A stretch of DNA of 63,891 nt, filler included, from 4 parts of 4 records of this genome joined end to end with filler, not necessarily neighbours in it; one strand, 5' to 3'; positions 22,079 to 31,945 are shown, counted from the first letter of the whole stretch. Program-made: numbers and translations. The notes: generated by a model not told the origin, from the letters alone.

Positions 22079-22429
22079 CTAGTCTGCGGCGATCAGGGCC
22101 ACCGGCGCGTCAAAGGCGCGTTCAAAATCAAGCGCGGCTGCTGTTGCAACAGCGGTCGCGCGTTTGAATTCAAACTGCATTTCACCTTCTTCTTCCTGAC
22201 TTGCGACAATCAGGCATTGAAACAGGTGGTCGCCGCCGTCGAACAAATCCACCAATCCACGCAGATGCGGCGCATTTTCAGCCGCAACCGCAAACCCGCT
22301 TTTCCACTTGCGCAGCACAGGGTAGCTTTGCCCCTCGACCTCCAGACGCAACCTTGACGCACGGCGCAGGTTTTCGCGGCGCGCGGCCTCAAGCCCCGCA
22401 AGTATCTCTTTCGACAACATCGCTTCCAT
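22079..22429 (-). CDS. Hypothetical protein (resembles a conserved Rhodobacterales family)
   Basis: LRGLVDLFDG..HLFQCLIV; coding-like composition; exact start uncertain. Confidence 0.7.
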   Translation of the reverse strand: MEAMLSKEILAGLEAARRENLRRASRLRLEVEGQSYPVLRKWKSGFAVAAENAPHLRGLVDLFDGGDHLFQCLIVASQEEEGEMQFEFKRATAVATAAALDFERAFDAPVALIAAD

Positions 22430-22588
22430 ATACATCTCCACCCCAATACTCCTAACGTGGCCTATGCCACAGAAAAATCAACCGAATTCGGGCTGTGCAC
22501 TGATGCAGCCCCGCTGCGCCTCCGACTGATATGGGCAGAGTATGACAACAAGGCTACAATCCCGCTAACAGGCAAAGGAGCATGAAAC

Positions 22589-23563
22589 ATGGGGCTGTTG
22601 GTCGACGGAGAATGGCAGGACAAATGGTATGATACCAAGTCTTCTGGTGGCAAATTCGAACGCTCCGCTGCGCAGTTTCGCAATTGGGTCACCGCCGATG
22701 GCACTGCGGGTCCCTCAGGTCAGGCAGGGTTCAAGGCAGAAAGCGGGCGTTATCATCTTTACGTCAGCTATGCCTGCCCATGGGCCCACCGCACCCTGAT
22801 CTTTCGTGCGCTGAAAGACCTGAGTGATCACATTACCATCAGCGTGGTACATCCCGAAATGCTAAGCGACGGCTGGACGTTTGACGACGGCTATCCCGGT
22901 GCCACGGGCGACACGCTTTTTGGTCTGCCATTTGCCCGCGACATCTATACCCGCGCAGATCCTGCGTTCAGCGGCCGGGTAACCGTGCCGATCCTGTGGG
23001 ACAAGGTGCAGGGCACCATTGTGTCCAACGAAAGTTCTGAAATTATCCGCATGTTCAACAGCGCGTTTGATGATATTACCGGCAATACTCAGGACTACTG
23101 GCCCGCGGACCTGCGCGACGCCATCGATCCGGTGAACGACCGCATCTACGACAGTTTCAACAACGGCGTGTATCGCTGCGGATTTGCCACCACGCAGGAT
23201 GCCTATGACGAGGCTGTTGTGCCATTGTTTGACACGCTTGACTGGATCGAGCAGCGGTTGTCAAAGAACCGCTATCTGATGGGTGCACAGCTGACAGAGG
23301 CCGATTGGCGGCTGTTCCCGACGCTGGTGCGGTTCGACATGGTGTATCATCTGCATTTCAAATGTAACCGCCGCCGGATCGTGGATTACCCGAACCTGTG
23401 GGCCTATACCCGCGCATTGTATCAAACGCCCGGTATTGCCGCGACGGTGAACATGGATCACATTGTGCGCCATTATCACTACAGCCATGAAACCATCAAT
23501 CCAAACCGGATCATCCCGATAAACCCCCAGCTTGATTTTACCGCCCCTCACGAACGCGCATGA
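22589..23563 (+). CDS. Glutathionyl-hydroquinone reductase (YqjG/Xi-class GST)
   Basis: YACPWAHR, TVPILWD, NESSEI and NNGVYRCGFA motifs. Confidence 0.92.
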   Translation: MGLLVDGEWQDKWYDTKSSGGKFERSAAQFRNWVTADGTAGPSGQAGFKAESGRYHLYVSYACPWAHRTLIFRALKDLSDHITISVVHPEMLSDGWTFDDGYPGATGDTLFGLPFARDIYTRADPAFSGRVTVPILWDKVQGTIVSNESSEIIRMFNSAFDDITGNTQDYWPADLRDAIDPVNDRIYDSFNNGVYRCGFATTQDAYDEAVVPLFDTLDWIEQRLSKNRYLMGAQLTEADWRLFPTLVRFDMVYHLHFKCNRRRIVDYPNLWAYTRALYQTPGIAATVNMDHIVRHYHYSHETINPNRIIPINPQLDFTAPHERA

Positions 23564-23976
23564 AACTGGCGGCCTTGGGTGCCATAATGTTCGACCATGA
23601 CGGCCAGATCTTCCGGCGGAGTGCCAGCAGGCAGAAAGGCCCGTGCATTTGCCGCAAGGCCAAAGATTGATCCATCCGAGAAAAAGCTGGTGTTGGTCAC
23701 AAAGATGATCCGCGCATCGGGTTGGTTCAGTGCCGCAAAATCAGAGACCGCCAGTGCAGACCCACCTTCGATCACCAGATCCAGAATGATGATATCCACC
23801 TTATATTCAGCAACATAGGCCACTGCCGCGTTCTGCGTGGTCACACAGCTTACCTGCATCCCGTGACGCGCAAGATGCCGCCGCCAAAGCGCACAAAGTT
23901 CGGGTCGGCTTTCCACAATCAAGACCCTCATGAAGCTGTCCTGCACCTGCGCTAGGATATGATGCTCGGCACTCAT
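23548..23976 (-). CDS. Single-domain, atypical response regulator receiver
   Basis: RVLIVES, IIILDL and IIFVT motifs; alternative start at 23931. Confidence 0.8.
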   Translation of the reverse strand: MSAEHHILAQVQDSFMRVLIVESRPELCALWRRHLARHGMQVSCVTTQNAAVAYVAEYKVDIIILDLVIEGGSALAVSDFAALNQPDARIIFVTNTSFFSDGSIFGLAANARAFLPAGTPPEDLAVMVEHYGTQGRQFHARS

Positions 23977-23998
23977 AAGCCTGTCGTCCCTGTTTTTC

Positions 23999-24014
23999 GT
24001 TAACAAAGCGTTAA
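23999..24014 (-). promoter_or_regulatory. CtrA binding site (TTAA-N7-TTAAC)
   Basis: Minus strand reads TTAACGCTTTGTTAAC, a full consensus; extra half-site TTAACC at 24031. Confidence 0.75.
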
Positions 24015-24136
24015 TTCGGACCACAAAGGATTAACCAACCAAAACTTCCCTTGAAAAAGCGGCGTTTTTCCGCTCTGCCAGTGCAAGGTAACGGCACCGC
24101 TTTGCCGGAAGGGTTTGTAAAGGATACGCCAGATAG

Positions 24137-25078
24137 ATGCAGGACAAGCGCGACCATGGCGGCAATCTGGACGCCGCGATCGACCGTTTCGGCGGCAACC
24201 GCGAAAGCTGGCTGGATCTGTCGACGGGCATCAACCCCGATCCCTACCCCCTGCCCCCGATCCCACAAGCCGCCTGGACTGCCCTGCCGGATGTGGCAGC
24301 ACGGCATGCGCTGATCGACGCTGCCCGCCGGTTTTGGTCCGTGCCCGACAGCGCGGGTATTTTGCCCGTTGCCGGTGCCTCGGTTGCCATTGCGCATATT
24401 CCCCTGCTTGCCACCACAGGGCGCGTCAACATTCCCGGCCCTACCTATAATGAGCACGCCGCCAGTTTCGCAGCCGCAGGCTGGGAGGTGGGTGATGCCG
24501 CCCCCCATGACGCCAGCGTGCACGTCCACCCCAATAACCCCGATGGCCGGTTGTGGGGACCGCAGGACTGCATCGGCAGTTTACGCGTGATCGACGAGAG
24601 TTTCTGTGATGTTGCACCGGATAGAACCCTGATGGCCGAAGCCACCAAACCCGGCACGCTGATCCTGAAAAGTTTCGGCAAGTTCTGGGGCTTGGCAGGG
24701 GTGCGGCTTGGGTTTGTCATTGGCGATCCTGCGCTGCTGGACCGGCTGGCTGGGATGCTGGGGCCTTGGGCCGTCGCCGGGCCCGCGCTTGAGGTCGGCA
24801 CCACTGCCCTGCGCGATCTGAACTGGGCGGACGCCACGCGTGCCCGGCTGGCCCAGGATGCCATCCGGCTGGATAGGCTGTTCACCAAACAGGGTGCAAA
24901 ACCCGTTGGCGGCACATCGCTGTTTCGGCTTTACGAGGTTGAGGATGCCAGCCAATGGCAGGACCATCTGGCCCGCCACCACATCTGGAGCAGGGTCTTC
25001 CCCTATAATCCGCGCTGGCTGCGTCTTGGCCTTCCGGCCACCAACCGCTGGCCACAACTGGAGGCCGCTCTGGCATGA
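24137..25078 (+). CDS. cobC: Threonine-phosphate decarboxylase (cobalamin synthesis; CobC in aerobic-pathway nomenclature)
   Basis: [16 protein letters not shown] and [15 protein letters not shown] motifs. Confidence 0.9.
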   Translation: MQDKRDHGGNLDAAIDRFGGNRESWLDLSTGINPDPYPLPPIPQAAWTALPDVAARHALIDAARRFWSVPDSAGILPVAGASVAIAHIPLLATTGRVNIPGPTYNEHAASFAAAGWEVGDAAPHDASVHVHPNNPDGRLWGPQDCIGSLRVIDESFCDVAPDRTLMAEATKPGTLILKSFGKFWGLAGVRLGFVIGDPALLDRLAGMLGPWAVAGPALEVGTTALRDLNWADATRARLAQDAIRLDRLFTKQGAKPVGGTSLFRLYEVEDASQWQDHLARHHIWSRVFPYNPRWLRLGLPATNRWPQLEAALA

Positions 25079-25989
25079 GCAGCGTCTGCATCCTGATCAT
25101 TGCGCTTGTGCTTGATGCGCTCATTGGAGAGCCAAAATGGCTGTGGAACCGCCTGCCCCATCCCGCCGTTTTGATGGGCCGGCTGATCGGCTGGTGCGAT
25201 CAACGTTTCAACCGTGGATCAGGCCGCAAGGGCAAAGGCATCTTCGTAGTGCTGGGGCTGGTTATGCTGGGCTGTTTCCTTGGCGCATTGCTGAGCCTGT
25301 TTGGCCCCATCGTTGAAATGATCATTACCGCCATCCTTCTGGCCCATCGGTCACTCGTGCAACATGTCCGCGCTGTTGCGGACGGGCTGCGCCTGTCCTT
25401 GCCGCAGGGGCGGCGGGCTGTCGCAATGATTGTCAGCCGTGACACCCGGAACATGGACGTCCCGGCGGTTGCACGATCTGCCATTGAAAGTGGTGCCGAG
25501 AACCTGAGCGACGGGGTGATTGCACCCGCCTTCTGGTTTCTGATCGGCGGGCTGCCCGGGCTGCTGGTCTATAAGTTGATCAATACCGCTGACAGTATGA
25601 TCGGATATCTCACGCCCCGTTTCGCCGATTTCGGATGGGCCGCCGCGCGGCTGGATGATTTGCTGAACTGGGTGCCCGCCCGCCTTACCGCATTGCTGAT
25701 CGCTTTGCCTGCGCATGGCCTGTCGCAATGGCCCGCAATCCGCCGCGATGCGGCGCTGCATAAATCGCCCAACGCTGGCTGGCCAGAGGCGGCGATGTCG
25801 CGTGCCATCGCTGTGGCGCTTGCCGGGCCACGTGCCTATGATGGTATCATGCAGGAATTTGCATGGGTGAACCCGCAAGGTGCGCGCACTATTGGTGCCC
25901 CCCATATTGATGCCTGCATCACCCGCCTGTGGCAGGCATGGGCGACAGGTCTGGCGCTTCTGTTTGTCATTGCGATGTTACTTGGTTGA
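25075..25989 (+). CDS. cbiB: Adenosylcobinamide-phosphate synthase CbiB/CobD
   Basis: [25 protein letters not shown] and [10 protein letters not shown] motifs. Confidence 0.93.
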   Translation: MSSVCILIIALVLDALIGEPKWLWNRLPHPAVLMGRLIGWCDQRFNRGSGRKGKGIFVVLGLVMLGCFLGALLSLFGPIVEMIITAILLAHRSLVQHVRAVADGLRLSLPQGRRAVAMIVSRDTRNMDVPAVARSAIESGAENLSDGVIAPAFWFLIGGLPGLLVYKLINTADSMIGYLTPRFADFGWAAARLDDLLNWVPARLTALLIALPAHGLSQWPAIRRDAALHKSPNAGWPEAAMSRAIAVALAGPRAYDGIMQEFAWVNPQGARTIGAPHIDACITRLWQAWATGLALLFVIAMLLG

Positions 25990-25998
25990 GGATTTTCG

Positions 25999-26358
25999 AT
26001 GCGACATTTGTTACTTTCCCTTATGTTTGCCGGTCTGGCACATTCCGCGGCAGCCGAATGCGGCGGGTCCTTTACCAATTTCATCGGGGGGCTGAAATCC
26101 GAGGCCGCGGCAAAGGGCATTCCCCAAACCACCGCAGATGCATTCTTTGCCAGCGTCCGCCGAGATCCCGCAGTGCTGCAAGCGGACCGCAAACAGGGTG
26201 TATTTCAACTGCCTTTCGTTGAGTTCTCGCGCCGCCTGATCTCAAACGACCGCATCAACCGGGGCCGCGCAAATGGGGAAAGATATGACAGTATCTTTGA
26301 CCGGATCGAGCGCGACTATGGCGTTGATCGCGGCGTGCTGCTGGCCTTCTGGGCGTTT
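25999..26358 (+). CDS. Lytic murein transglycosylase (MltB-like), 3'-truncated
   Basis: Signal peptide; IERDYGV..LLAFWAF ends just before the expected catalytic Glu at the contig end. Confidence 0.8.
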
Positions 26359-26458
26359 NNNNNNNNNNNNNNNNNNNNNNNNNNNNNNNNNNNNNNNNNN
26401 NNTTAATTAATTAANNNNNNNNNNNNNNNNNNNNNNNNNNNNNNNNNNNNNNNNNNNN
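26359..26458. other. Artificial contig linker
   Basis: N44-TTAATTAATTAA-N44, with stops in all six frames. Confidence 0.99.
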
Positions 26459-26617
26459 GACCGGATTGTGATGCTGTTGGCGGATGAGGCCAACATTCGT
26501 GAGGTCATGATGTTCCCGATGAACCAGCGCGCCGAGGACCTTATGATGGACGCACCATCCGATCCGACCTCGGACCAGTTGATGGAGCTGGGCCTCAGGA
26601 TCATCCCACAGGATTAA
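26459..26617 (+). CDS. aspS: Aspartate-tRNA ligase C-terminus, 5'-truncated
   Basis: Own translation: [34 protein letters not shown]...LRIIPQD*. Confidence 0.93.
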   Translation, partial: DRIVMLLADEANIREVMMFPMNQRAEDLMMDAPSDPTSDQLMELGLRIIPQD

Positions 26618-26623
26618 TTCCTG

Positions 26624-26644
26624 CCGCCCGCTTCGAGCGGGCGG
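26624..26644 (+). terminator. GC hairpin after aspS
   Basis: CCGCCCGCT-tcg-AGCGGGCGG; no clear U-tract. Confidence 0.45.
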
Positions 26645-26848
26645 ATAGTTATCCGGCGTGGCGACAAGCAATGGGCGCGGCTGCTAACACTGGGACCGCC
26701 GCGTTGGGTTGAAGTCGTTGTTTCAGTTCAATCCAAAGGGTTCCTTACGTGCTGGCGGTTTCTGCGGATGGTTTTGGCGGTAATGCGTGCCTGACGGTAG
26801 AACCAGATGCTCAGCAGTGAGGCCGTTATGAAATAGGCGGTCAGCACG

Positions 26849-27565
26849 TCAGATCGCCTCTTGCCGTTCCAGACGATCTTGTACAAGCCCGGCAATCCGC
26901 GCCGTCTGTGCTGTCAAAGGTGCACCTGTCGACTGCGAGAGGGCAAGCTCACGCGCGGCTTCGGCAAGGGTCATGTCATCCGCATCACGCGCGACGCTTT
27001 GCAGAAACTGTGTCGCATAGTTCAATGTGCGCTGGTCGGTTGGCCCGGTCAGCACATCGGCGATGTGAGCCATGTCATCGTGATAGGCCAGCGGGTCCGG
27101 GTGAACGATGTCATCCCTCAGGGTTGCGATGCTGCTGGGGCGGCGATCTTCTGGCAAAAGTTCAAGGATGGTTTTCTGGAAGTAGGCAACCGAACTCAGG
27201 GGTTTGGTCAGAAAACCATCAGCCCCTGCGCGTAGGGCAAGCGATTGAGCGTTGTCATCCCCGGACAGTCCAAGAATGACCTCGATACGGGGAACGGCAT
27301 GGGTCAGTTCGCAAATCAGATCAGCGCCGGAGCCATCCGGAAGGCCCATATCGACTATCAGGACCGAGGGGCGGTAAATCTGCAGATGCCGCCGTGCCGA
27401 TTTCAGGCAATCCGCCCGACGGATACGCGCGCCGCTGACCAGGCACATCAATCGTATTGCATCGCAGGCATAGCGACTGTCTTCGACCACAAGGATCGTC
27501 TGGCCCAGCAGTGGCCGTATCTTGGTGGGCAGCGCCGGAGAAGCGAAAGGTCCCGAATCGTCCAT
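26849..27565 (-). CDS. Response regulator (receiver plus unknown helical C-terminal domain)
   Basis: LVVEDS, IVDMGLPDGSG, LSGD and FLTKP motifs. Confidence 0.88.
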   Translation of the reverse strand: MDDSGPFASPALPTKIRPLLGQTILVVEDSRYACDAIRLMCLVSGARIRRADCLKSARRHLQIYRPSVLIVDMGLPDGSGADLICELTHAVPRIEVILGLSGDDNAQSLALRAGADGFLTKPLSSVAYFQKTILELLPEDRRPSSIATLRDDIVHPDPLAYHDDMAHIADVLTGPTDQRTLNYATQFLQSVARDADDMTLAEAARELALSQSTGAPLTAQTARIAGLVQDRLERQEAI

Positions 27566-27610
27566 GGCAGAACTCCTGTATAGCAGATGCCTCACGCTAG
27601 GAACTTCTGG

Positions 27611-27626
27611 CTAATACAGGGTTAAC
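27611..27626. promoter_or_regulatory. Near-consensus CtrA site
   Basis: CTAA-TACAGGG-TTAAC (one mismatch) upstream of the response regulator. Confidence 0.55.
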
Positions 27627-27700
27627 GTGCGCTTTGGCGCACTTGTCCTTTATACAATCTGCCCCCATAACCGCTGCAACGCAGAAGGAAGGAGAGTTCC

Positions 27701-28105
27701 ATGATTGGTCGCCTGAACCACGTTGCCATCGCGGTGCCAGACCTCGAGGCCGCCTCGGCCCAGTATCGCAACGCGCTGGGTGCCAAGGTCGGCGAACCGC
27801 AAGACGAGCCGGATCATGGGGTCACCGTCGTGTTCATTGAACTGCCCAACACCAAGATCGAGTTGCTGTACCCGCTGGGCGAGAACAGCCCGATCAACGG
27901 GTTTTTGGAAAAGAACCCGTCGGGTGGCATCCATCATGTCTGTTACGAGGTCGAGGATATCATCGCTGCCCGGGATCACCTGAAAGAGACCGGCGCGCGT
28001 GTTTTAGGTTCAGGCGAACCCAAGATCGGAGCACACGGTAAGCCGGTGTTGTTCTTGCATCCGAAAGATTTCAACGGCTGTCTGGTTGAGCTGGAACAGG
28101 TCTGA
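27701..28105 (+). CDS. mce: Methylmalonyl-/ethylmalonyl-CoA epimerase
   Basis: LNHVAIAVPD, GGIHHVCYEV and GAHGKPVLFLHPKD motifs. Confidence 0.95.
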   Translation: MIGRLNHVAIAVPDLEAASAQYRNALGAKVGEPQDEPDHGVTVVFIELPNTKIELLYPLGENSPINGFLEKNPSGGIHHVCYEVEDIIAARDHLKETGARVLGSGEPKIGAHGKPVLFLHPKDFNGCLVELEQV

Positions 28106-28110
28106 CAACA

Positions 28111-28386
28111 ATGACTATCACTGCTGCTCTGGTCCTGTTCGCTGTTATCTGGTTTTTGACCCTATTGACGGTCCTGCCTGTGCGCATCAAAACGCAAGGT
28201 GATCTGGGGAAAATTGTCCCGGGCACGCATGCGGGTGCCCCTGAAGTTCATCACATGAAGAAGAAGCTTTGGATCACCACCGGAATCTCAGTAATTCTGT
28301 GGGCGATCATCGCGGGCATCATAATATCCGGTGCCATCAGCGTTCGGGACTTTGATTGGCTGAACCAACTGGAGCCGCTCGAATAA
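28111..28386 (+). CDS. DUF1467 family protein
   Basis: VLP...VPGTHAGAP; usual position after mce. Confidence 0.85.
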   Translation: MTITAALVLFAVIWFLTLLTVLPVRIKTQGDLGKIVPGTHAGAPEVHHMKKKLWITTGISVILWAIIAGIIISGAISVRDFDWLNQLEPLE

Positions 28387-28387
28387 T

Positions 28388-29086
28388 TCAGGATCGGTTA
28401 TCTGACAGGCCGTGGTAGATATGCGTGAAAGTCGCAGCCCCCAGAATCGGGATCAGCAGGTTAACCAGCGGAACCGAGAGCGGGATCGCCATGAGGATAC
28501 CGGCAACCCAGATGGTTGTCGCATGTTTCGCCCTTAGTTTTCGCGCGCCATCGCGTCCCAACCGACGCATGGCGGCAAGGGTGAAATACTCTCTCCCCAG
28601 AAGAAATCCGTTCATTCCCCAGAATATGAACAACGCAAATGGCGTGAAGAATGCATAAAGGATCAGCGCCAGCAGGTTGGCAACGATCAACACGCCCAGA
28701 AAACTGAGCGTATCCCGCAATGCGTCGCCAAATGGAACGCGTGTTGCTGGTGGAAGGTTCGGATAATGCGAGTCCTCGACAGCCTGAGCGACCTCATCCA
28801 GAAACATCGACGTGATGGCCGAGGCAACGGGGATCATCAAAAAGACCGACAATACCATCATTAACAGGAACGAAGAAACGCTGAGCAGGTCATTCAGCCA
28901 CGTCACCTCACCCAGTATCGGCAAGGTGGCCTGATCTCCGACCAACATGTTGATCAGCCATAGAAAACCCGCATAGGCGGCAATCAACAGTGCGAAGGTC
29001 AGCCCAACGCCCAACAGAAGCACTTTGCGAAACCGGGGATCACCGATCTGGCCCAGTGCTTTCAGAAAAGACTGGATGATGATCAT
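28388..29086 (-). CDS. EI24/CysZ-like membrane protein
   Basis: FLDEVAQAVE..HYP, NGFLLGREYF and PLVNLLIP motifs. Confidence 0.85.
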   Translation of the reverse strand: MIIIQSFLKALGQIGDPRFRKVLLLGVGLTFALLIAAYAGFLWLINMLVGDQATLPILGEVTWLNDLLSVSSFLLMMVLSVFLMIPVASAITSMFLDEVAQAVEDSHYPNLPPATRVPFGDALRDTLSFLGVLIVANLLALILYAFFTPFALFIFWGMNGFLLGREYFTLAAMRRLGRDGARKLRAKHATTIWVAGILMAIPLSVPLVNLLIPILGAATFTHIYHGLSDNRS

Positions 29087-29661
29087 TCCGATACCCATTG
29101 GGTCAGCGCGGCCACGTCAGGGCGGGGCCGTTCGGGTGGGGCCATGCCCTCGGTCGCTATGTGGATGAAGCCTGCGATTTTTTCATTCTCGGCTAACCCG
29201 AGGCCTTGCTGGCAAAAACTGCGATCATGGGATTGCCAACCAGACAGCCAGTTCGCGCCCCAACCGGCAGCAAGTGCGGCGTTCAACAAGGCTAGGCAAA
29301 CCGCACCCGCCGAATAGGTCTGTTCAATTGCTGGTATCTTTTCAGATCGTTTCTGCACCTCGATAACGGCAACAGCCAGATGACCCATTTCGAACTGCGT
29401 GCGCGCTTTGGCGATATCTTCGGGGCTTTTGCCCATTGCCAAACCACTGGTTTCGGTGAGCTTTGCGAGACGTTGCATTGCCCCTTGTTCGATAACAACA
29501 AAGCGCCAAGGTTCGAGCTTTCCGTGATCGGGGCTGCGCGCAGCGGCGGTGAGCAGCGGCATCAGCTCTTCCCGCGTCGGGGCTGGTGCCACAAGCGTTT
29601 TGGCAGGGCGTGATCGGCGCACGTTCAGAAAATCCAGCGCAGCTTGGTTCTTCAGGGACAT
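29083..29661 (-). CDS. Nitroreductase (YdjA-like)
   Basis: RRS, PDHGKLEPWRF and GWGANWLSG motifs. Confidence 0.92.
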   Translation of the reverse strand: MSLKNQAALDFLNVRRSRPAKTLVAPAPTREELMPLLTAAARSPDHGKLEPWRFVVIEQGAMQRLAKLTETSGLAMGKSPEDIAKARTQFEMGHLAVAVIEVQKRSEKIPAIEQTYSAGAVCLALLNAALAAGWGANWLSGWQSHDRSFCQQGLGLAENEKIAGFIHIATEGMAPPERPRPDVAALTQWVSE

Positions 29662-29800
29662 ATGTTAATTTCCTTCACATGGGCAGTTCGTATGTCGGAG
29701 AGATTGCGCCCCGTTTCAAGGGCAAACTGCCTATTGAATCACATCAATTTCGACCGGGCTTTGCGCACCGCTGGTCTAGGTCGAATTCTTCGGGATTCGT

Positions 29801-30049
29801 TCAGGGGTCCGAGGGGTCGGTTTCGCGTATCTGATAAACGCCTTCGGGCAAATCCAGTGCTGCGGCCAGATCGCGCACCTGTTCTGGCGACAGGGTGATC
29901 TTCTGGATCTGGTCGGTACGTGGGTCGAACTGCTCAAGCGTTACGCATTCAGCAAAGTTGTTGATAACGACATCCTCTTGCAAAGGCTTGGCGCCTTCGT
30001 CCACTAGCGTAATGACCGTCGAGTCGAATTCATGTTCAATCGAAAACAT
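29801..30049 (-). CDS. Small acidic hypothetical protein
   Basis: MFSIEHEFDSTVITLVDE...LDLPEGVY, resembling a Rhodobacterales conserved protein. Confidence 0.7.
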   Translation of the reverse strand: MFSIEHEFDSTVITLVDEGAKPLQEDVVINNFAECVTLEQFDPRTDQIQKITLSPEQVRDLAAALDLPEGVYQIRETDPSDP

Positions 30050-30169
30050 ATCGGCAGAGTGCCGGGGCTAAGATAGCAATGCAACCCGTTATGGCTGCAT
30101 TCGGCAGTAGCCCGGCCAGATTTGCCGCGCTATGCTTGCCTGCCGACAGAGTGACCGAAAGGAATGTGA

Positions 30170-30871
30170 ATGCGCCGTTTTGCCCTGTTGCTGGTGATGC
30201 TGTTGGCCGCATGCGATACCTCGACCGTAATCGCGATCCCAGCTGACCAATGGCAACCATCATCATCTGCCCAAAGACAGAAGGCGCGCGTGTTCGAACA
30301 AGTCAGCCGTAAAGTCGGAGCCGCAGCGGGGCAAGAGTGCCGTCGCCGCTCGCGTTCTGCAAATTGCGATTTTGCAATTTTAGTTGATCTCTCTCGCACT
30401 GCGCCAGCGAACGCGTTCCAGACGCTGGATGAGGACGGGCAACCGCTGATCATTTTCACTCAGCCAATGATCGCTTCAACACAGAATGCGGATGAGATGG
30501 CCTTTGTCATGGGGCATGAAGCCGCGCATCATATCTTAGGTCATATCGCCCGACAGTCGGAGAACGCGAAGGAAAGCGCGCGGATATTCGGAGAGCTAGC
30601 GCGCAAGCAAGGCGCAGATGATGCAGGGGTTGAGCGCGCGCAGGCACTGGGTGCTGAGGTTGGTGTGCAAAATTACACGCGTGAGTTTGAGCTGGAGGCG
30701 GATCAATTGGGCACAAAAATCACCCATGCAGCGGGGTATGACCCGCTGGTTGGGATGGTTTTCTTCCAACGTATCCCTGATCCTGGCGACCGTTTTCTGA
30801 CGTCACATCCGCCCAATGCCAAACGGGTGGAGGCCGTGCTGAAAACGGCACGACAATTGGGTTTGCAGTGA
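30170..30871 (+). CDS. M48 family metallopeptidase lipoprotein
   Basis: Lipobox LAAC; HEAAH, ELEAD and SHP motifs. Confidence 0.9.
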   Translation: MRRFALLLVMLLAACDTSTVIAIPADQWQPSSSAQRQKARVFEQVSRKVGAAAGQECRRRSRSANCDFAILVDLSRTAPANAFQTLDEDGQPLIIFTQPMIASTQNADEMAFVMGHEAAHHILGHIARQSENAKESARIFGELARKQGADDAGVERAQALGAEVGVQNYTREFELEADQLGTKITHAAGYDPLVGMVFFQRIPDPGDRFLTSHPPNAKRVEAVLKTARQLGLQ

Positions 30872-31239
30872 TGATCAGACTAACCCGAATGGGCGTCGTC
30901 CTAAGCGACCGCGGATCGAAATATGCTGTGACAGGCGCTCGGGTCACCTGCCGCGCTGATGTCGATGCGGTGCTGGCGGAACTGAAGTCTGAAAAGCCCT
31001 ATGCCAAGGCAACCCACAACACCTGGGCAGCGATGCTGCCAACCGGCGCGCTCAAAGCCGACGACGGAGAATCCGGCGCTGCGATGGTCATTTTGCGGAT
31101 GATGGAGCGGGCCGGATTATCAGACCACGTTATCATCGTAACGCGTTGGTACGGTGGCAAGAAGTTGGGCGGTGATCGGTTCCGCCGGGTACAGGATGCC
31201 ACGCGGGCCTATCTGGATCAGCTGGACGCAGGACATTGA
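30868..31239 (+). CDS. YigZ/IMPACT N-terminal domain protein
   Basis: DRGSKY, ATHN, DDGESGAA and VTRWYGGKKLG motifs. Confidence 0.88.
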   Translation: MMIRLTRMGVVLSDRGSKYAVTGARVTCRADVDAVLAELKSEKPYAKATHNTWAAMLPTGALKADDGESGAAMVILRMMERAGLSDHVIIVTRWYGGKKLGGDRFRRVQDATRAYLDQLDAGH

Positions 31240-31249
31240 CCTGAATCAA
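31236..31249. promoter_or_regulatory. FNR/FnrL box
   Basis: TTGAC-CTGA-ATCAA, about 60 bp upstream of the ATG at 31307. Confidence 0.7.
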
Positions 31250-31306
31250 AGGCATCTACAGATGCGTAGGGTACCCTTTCACAAGCGAACAAAGAAAGGG
31301 AAACGC

Positions 31307-31558
31307 ATGTCTGACCGAGCAAAGCTGCGACATCACGCAGGTCTGGTGGACAATATGGCTATGACACTGGGCGTTGATTTGCAGGAAGCTGCGATTGACG
31401 GTGCCCTGCGATTTGATGAAATTTCAGATGCTGTATCGCGCTGCACTGAATGCCCAAATCCGGGTCATTGCGAGGCTTTTCTATCCCAAAACGTCGACAT
31501 AGGCAGGGCGCCAGAGTACTGCCGCAATCAGGAACTGTTGAACAGGCTGGCGCCGTAA
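31307..31558 (+). CDS. Small Cys-rich protein (DUF6455-like)
   Basis: RCTECPNPGHC...APEYCRN. Confidence 0.8.
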   Translation: MSDRAKLRHHAGLVDNMAMTLGVDLQEAAIDGALRFDEISDAVSRCTECPNPGHCEAFLSQNVDIGRAPEYCRNQELLNRLAP

Positions 31559-31702
31559 CGCCAGAGAGTTCATGCAGCGACTGGGGCTGCAATTGCTCGG
31601 TGACATGCCGTGTCAGTTTTGGCTGACTGTGCAACAGCAAAAAGCGCCAACCGCCCCATGGTTTTGCGCCAATGCCAGCTTGCTGAACGATCTGGCCTGA
31701 TT

Positions 31703-31945
31703 TCAGAGTTTTGCGTGTGATCCATCGCATAGTGGAGGATTTCCACTGTGCTTGCAGCCACAGAAGAACACTTTCTTGTCGGCATCTGCAGTGTATTTCA
31801 CTGGTGTAAATGCGGTGCCTTTGTGCGAACCATCGCAAAACGGCTGTTTCTGTGACTTGCCACAGGCGCACCAGAAATAGGTTTTGCCTTCGGTCACTTC
31901 GACCGGAAATGGAGAATTCTGGGCGATGATCGGGGCATCTGACAT
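31703..31945 (-). CDS. Double CDGSH 2Fe-2S protein
   Basis: WCACGKSQKQPFCDGSH and FCGCKHSGNPPLCDGSH. Confidence 0.95.
   Translation of the reverse strand: MSDAPIIAQNSPFPVEVTEGKTYFWCACGKSQKQPFCDGSHKGTAFTPVKYTADADKKVFFCGCKHSGNPPLCDGSHAKL

Noticed and set aside
24037-24136. Cobalamin riboswitch upstream of cobC
   Set aside because: Spacer too short and no B12-box seen
26359-26458. Thrice-repeated TTAATTAATTAA within N-runs (also 42737 and 51553), and ORFs crossing them
   Set aside because: Artificial six-frame-stop linkers, not biological repeats or CtrA sites
30868-31239. Short YigZ as a pseudogene
   Set aside because: Motifs intact, clean coupled ORF, and N-domain-only versions are common
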